From the NCBI GenBank assembly GCA_964468795.1, contig CAYXWL010000001.1:147587-211586 (forward strand): a stretch of DNA of 64,000 nucleotides, read 5' to 3'. The position numbers and the translations under genes were made by a program. Shown here in pieces: positions 60,923 through 64,000 of the stretch. Below the pieces are notes generated by a model that worked only from the letters and a program-made list of their open reading frames with translations, did no database searches and was not told the DNA's origin. The stretch is from an uncultured Candidatus Saccharibacteria bacterium. Its GTDB lineage: Bacteria; Patescibacteriota; Minisyncoccia; Phycocordibacterales; DATDWN01. How positions within the stretch are numbered: position 1 is the stretch's first letter; each line of letters starts with the position of its first letter.

Positions 60923-61411
60923 TTAATTAGATGGCGGATAGCCTGCAAAGCTAGTTATAAGCCAAGCGTTGTTTCTGCTTTCAAGAACGATATTTACCGG
61001 ATAAGAACCGGAATTGGATCCGGGCTGATCAGTGCTAGAAGTTTCTATCACCCTGCCATTTACTGCATACTCATCATTATTTTTTTTAACAACGGAATAT
61101 ATTTCTATTCTGTCTGGCGACGGACTCGATGTAAGTCTGCCTGGTGAATGCATAGGATCATTTTTCCACTTTGCAAGGAGTTCCGGAGCCACAAAAGAAG
61201 CATAGCTCTCATCCATAGTCTTTGAAACTGTTGTTGTTGGCGCAAGGATAGAAACCATCTTGAGACTCTCGCCAAATTGAGTGACTTGATTTCTAACAAT
61301 TGATTCTGTCTGGATATCTGACACCGGAGAATTATGTCTTGTCATGATTAACCCGGATATGCCGAGTAAGATGATAATTCCAAGAATAATATTTGATATT
61401 TTTGGATGCAT
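60923..61411 (-). CDS. Membrane-anchored hypothetical protein
   Basis: N-terminal TM; PGRLTSSPSPDRI. Confidence 0.65.
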   Translation of the reverse strand: MHPKISNIILGIIILLGISGLIMTRHNSPVSDIQTESIVRNQVTQFGESLKMVSILAPTTTVSKTMDESYASFVAPELLAKWKNDPMHSPGRLTSSPSPDRIEIYSVVKKNNDEYAVNGRVIETSSTDQPGSNSGSYPVNIVLESRNNAWLITSFAGYPPSN

Positions 61412-61450
61412 CTCTTTATTTTATTTAGTAGGCTGTGAAGCACAAGTGAA

Positions 61451-61822
61451 TTACTTTCTCCTGTGCAAGCCTATTACATTGCCTTCGCTGTCAGTTATCC
61501 ATGCTATATAGCCGTATGCTCCGAGATCTTTTTTCGGCAACACGATCTTGTTTCCCATTGTCTCTGCCTGAGATATTGTTTTGTCTATATCTGGACAAGT
61601 AAAATATATTATATTGCCCGTCTCACCAGGCTTATACCCTTGACCTTTCATAAGAGCACCTGAAATTCCTTTTACACTTGGATCATTGGGAAACCAAACC
61701 GTGTTATATCCTTCAAGATCCTCTCTTCTCATTTCAAAACCGAATAGCGATTCATAAAAAACTTTTGCTCTATCTATATCTTCAACTGGGATCTCGAACC
61801 ATCCTACTGGGTTATTGTTCAT
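61451..61822 (-). CDS. VOC/glyoxalase family protein
   Basis: WFEIPV.D..RA..FY..LFG, DSEGN.IGL. Confidence 0.9.
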   Translation of the reverse strand: MNNNPVGWFEIPVEDIDRAKVFYESLFGFEMRREDLEGYNTVWFPNDPSVKGISGALMKGQGYKPGETGNIIYFTCPDIDKTISQAETMGNKIVLPKKDLGAYGYIAWITDSEGNVIGLHRRK

Positions 61823-61867
61823 GTTTATGCGGATTAACTTTCAAATAATATTAACACTGTCTTATAT

Positions 61868-62416
61868 TTATCCCGAAATTACTATTGTTTTTACAATCTT
61901 ATCAATCAGCAAATCCGGATTAAATTTTGCCTGCTCCTGCTTGCAAAGAGATTGCTCCGGCTCCTCATAATTTAGGCATTGGCTTTTGTGAACACTGAAC
62001 GCAAGGGTCACACCTTGCCCGCCGACTACTGTTTGGTAACGGTAATCTGTATATATATTTCCTGCCGCCCCTTGGGTTTGAGAAGTGATGCAATATGCCT
62101 GACCACCTATTACCCGAGCTTCCGTTACTGTAGGCAACCCAGAGGTACTAGTTGCCTCTGTTTTACACAATAGTGGTGCCCTGAAGATAGAAAGCTTTGG
62201 GGGCCAATCAACGAATCCCATGTATTTCATAGAATTTTCGTCAGAATACTTATATGAGATACCTGTTTTCTGATCTGAAAATGTAAGTTCTGTGCTGGTA
62301 GCACTAGTAGTGCCTGTCGGAATGTTTCCAACATTTTTCCGCTTACTTAGTCCGACAAGCAAAATAATAACTAATATTATAAGCAATATGATTATCCATG
62401 CGTTTTTTGATTTCAT
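61868..62416 (-). CDS. Membrane-anchored hypothetical protein
   Basis: N-terminal TM, four Cys, GAAG..Y motif. Confidence 0.65.
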   Translation of the reverse strand: MKSKNAWIIILLIILVIILLVGLSKRKNVGNIPTGTTSATSTELTFSDQKTGISYKYSDENSMKYMGFVDWPPKLSIFRAPLLCKTEATSTSGLPTVTEARVIGGQAYCITSQTQGAAGNIYTDYRYQTVVGGQGVTLAFSVHKSQCLNYEEPEQSLCKQEQAKFNPDLLIDKIVKTIVISG

Positions 62417-62461
62417 GGTATAAATATATACCAATTGGCGTGAGGAAGATATTAAAAACAA

Positions 62462-62833
62462 TCAACTCTCGTTTTTTCTACTGCGAAAAAGATGAAATCC
62501 TAAAATTATTGCAATTACAAGCTCAGCTCCAAAATCTGCCCAGAAAGGCACAGTTGTACCGCCATTTACAAGATAATAATAATCAACTATTGCCAAAAGA
62601 AGAGCAGTTGAACATCCGAAGATTATAATTGGACCATCAATTCTTTTTGCATACCAAGAATATAAAAGGTATGCTCCAATAGTAAAAAACAGGACACCAT
62701 TAGCCTCAGTTTTAAATGGACTTTCGAAGTTTCTTGTAAAAGCCATGAAACTAGATACATGGATAATTGCCCAAGCCCCAGTTACTGAATACAAAAGGCT
62801 TTGAACCAAGACGACTGCACGAATGATTTTCAT
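62462..62833 (-). CDS. Four-TM membrane protein
   Basis: Hydrophobic ORF in same-strand run. Confidence 0.6.
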   Translation of the reverse strand: MKIIRAVVLVQSLLYSVTGAWAIIHVSSFMAFTRNFESPFKTEANGVLFFTIGAYLLYSWYAKRIDGPIIIFGCSTALLLAIVDYYYLVNGGTTVPFWADFGAELVIAIILGFHLFRSRKNES

Positions 62834-62881
62834 GTCTTAAATTTTATCAGCCTATCTTATGATTTATATGAACAAAACTTC

Positions 62882-63256
62882 CTATTTTTTTGCTTTTTCC
62901 TCTTTGACTCTGAATTTAATTATCTTTGTTATAAGAGGTATCGGAAGACGTGCCTCATAAGGAAACCTGATGCACCCCTTTGAAAAACTGATGCCTTTCT
63001 TGAGTAGCTCGCTTTCATATGCTTGTACTCCCGAAGGCGTCGGATAAAAGCCAAGATGCCCCTTCATTGCTGCAAAATGAATGAGATTCTTCCCTCTCAG
63101 AGTAATTGTAGGCATTCCATACGCTATTGCCTCTTCTCCTTTCGGTACAAGCTTTTTTGCAAGAGCTCTCATTTCTTTTAAATGAGGTACGTATTCCTTT
63201 GCTATATGCTTGATGTATTCGTCTATAGTCTTATATTGTTTCATATATTTCTTCAC
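62882..63256 (-). CDS. DUF1801 (YdhG-like) protein
   Basis: TIDEYI, E.IAYGMP, HFAA.K.HLGFYP, SKG.IRF. Confidence 0.88.
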   Translation of the reverse strand: MKKYMKQYKTIDEYIKHIAKEYVPHLKEMRALAKKLVPKGEEAIAYGMPTITLRGKNLIHFAAMKGHLGFYPTPSGVQAYESELLKKGISFSKGCIRFPYEARLPIPLITKIIKFRVKEEKAKK

Positions 63257-63389
63257 TAGAAAGTATTAGTTACCTATTTCATTGCAGACACACACCCTCT
63301 GTTTTCGATTGGACCCCATCACAAACGATGGCTTGCTTATTTTGGAACTGATAGACATAATTATTGTGTATATAAATTATACACATAAT

Positions 63390-63965
63390 ATGAAATATTA
63401 CCTGCTTGATTTTTCTATGTGTGAAGCAAAATATTGTTTTGTTAGAGGAAATTTCAGTTTCGACACGACACTTATGAGAGGTGGTAAAGAAATTTTACCG
63501 GAAATGAAAGCAGATGGAATCGAGGTTCTTGATTACCACATAGACGAAGCCGAGGGTGGATTGGTATCTGGTGATTATTTCACCACCACTGAGAATCATC
63601 TCACGGTAAGCTCTAGGTTCGCTGACATGGTCCGCACACAATACAATACGGGAAGGTGTGAATACTTGCCCGCTCAAGTGTTAGACTCTAAGGGTAATGT
63701 GATTGTCCCTGACATGGTCGTTATAAATCCGATAGATCCAATAGAATGCTTAGACAGACAGAATTCTGAAATGGACAATGACTCAGACGATCCGATGGTA
63801 CAAGTATTTGGAAAATTTTTTCTACTCAAAAATCATATTCCTGAGGACCTAGATGTATTTCGAGTCCCCGGCTTGTTGTACTATATATTTAGTGAACGCT
63901 TAGTAAGGTCAATTAATGAACGAGGATACACCAATTTCCATTTTAAGGAAGTCCTCCTGCACTAA
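63390..63965 (+). CDS. Imm11/DUF1629-like immunity protein
   Basis: VSSRF, EYLP, INP...ECLD..NS, IP.DLDVFR, SERL. Confidence 0.6.
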   Translation: MKYYLLDFSMCEAKYCFVRGNFSFDTTLMRGGKEILPEMKADGIEVLDYHIDEAEGGLVSGDYFTTTENHLTVSSRFADMVRTQYNTGRCEYLPAQVLDSKGNVIVPDMVVINPIDPIECLDRQNSEMDNDSDDPMVQVFGKFFLLKNHIPEDLDVFRVPGLLYYIFSERLVRSINERGYTNFHFKEVLLH

Positions 63966-64000
63966 AACTGTAGTGCTTCCCCTATTGACTCTATCTCATT

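Overview
64-kb, AT-rich, gene-dense bacterial chromosome segment in standard code 11. It most resembles a Patescibacteria/CPR (Parcubacteria-like) genome; this is an inference from gene content (short RF1, tkt/rpe/rpiB/fba/pfkB/gap cluster, coiled-coil lytic transglycosylase, no biosynthetic pathways). Core genes: tsf, rpsB, prfA, rpmE, rplY, sugar-phosphate cluster, class Ic-type nrdAB, groES/EL, secG, rnj, lemA/TPM, htpX, a GH130-PMI-PMM mannoside cluster and three tRNAs. A ~14-kb integrative element (about 21775-35907) sits in the 3' end of tRNA-Ser(GGA). Its large serine recombinase gene is cut by the att site, so excision would swap the enzyme's C-terminal tail. The element also carries a tyrosine recombinase, a C-protein-controlled type III R-M system and a five-gene Ham1-YjjX-ParB-kinase-NUDIX operon. 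Other notable signals: families of intergenic nested-hairpin elements with compensatory base changes, and scattered GC-richer solo genes with strong Shine-Dalgarno sites (including a PEP-CTERM protein) in a genome whose core genes look largely leaderless. All functional calls come from recognising motifs by eye; no searches were run.
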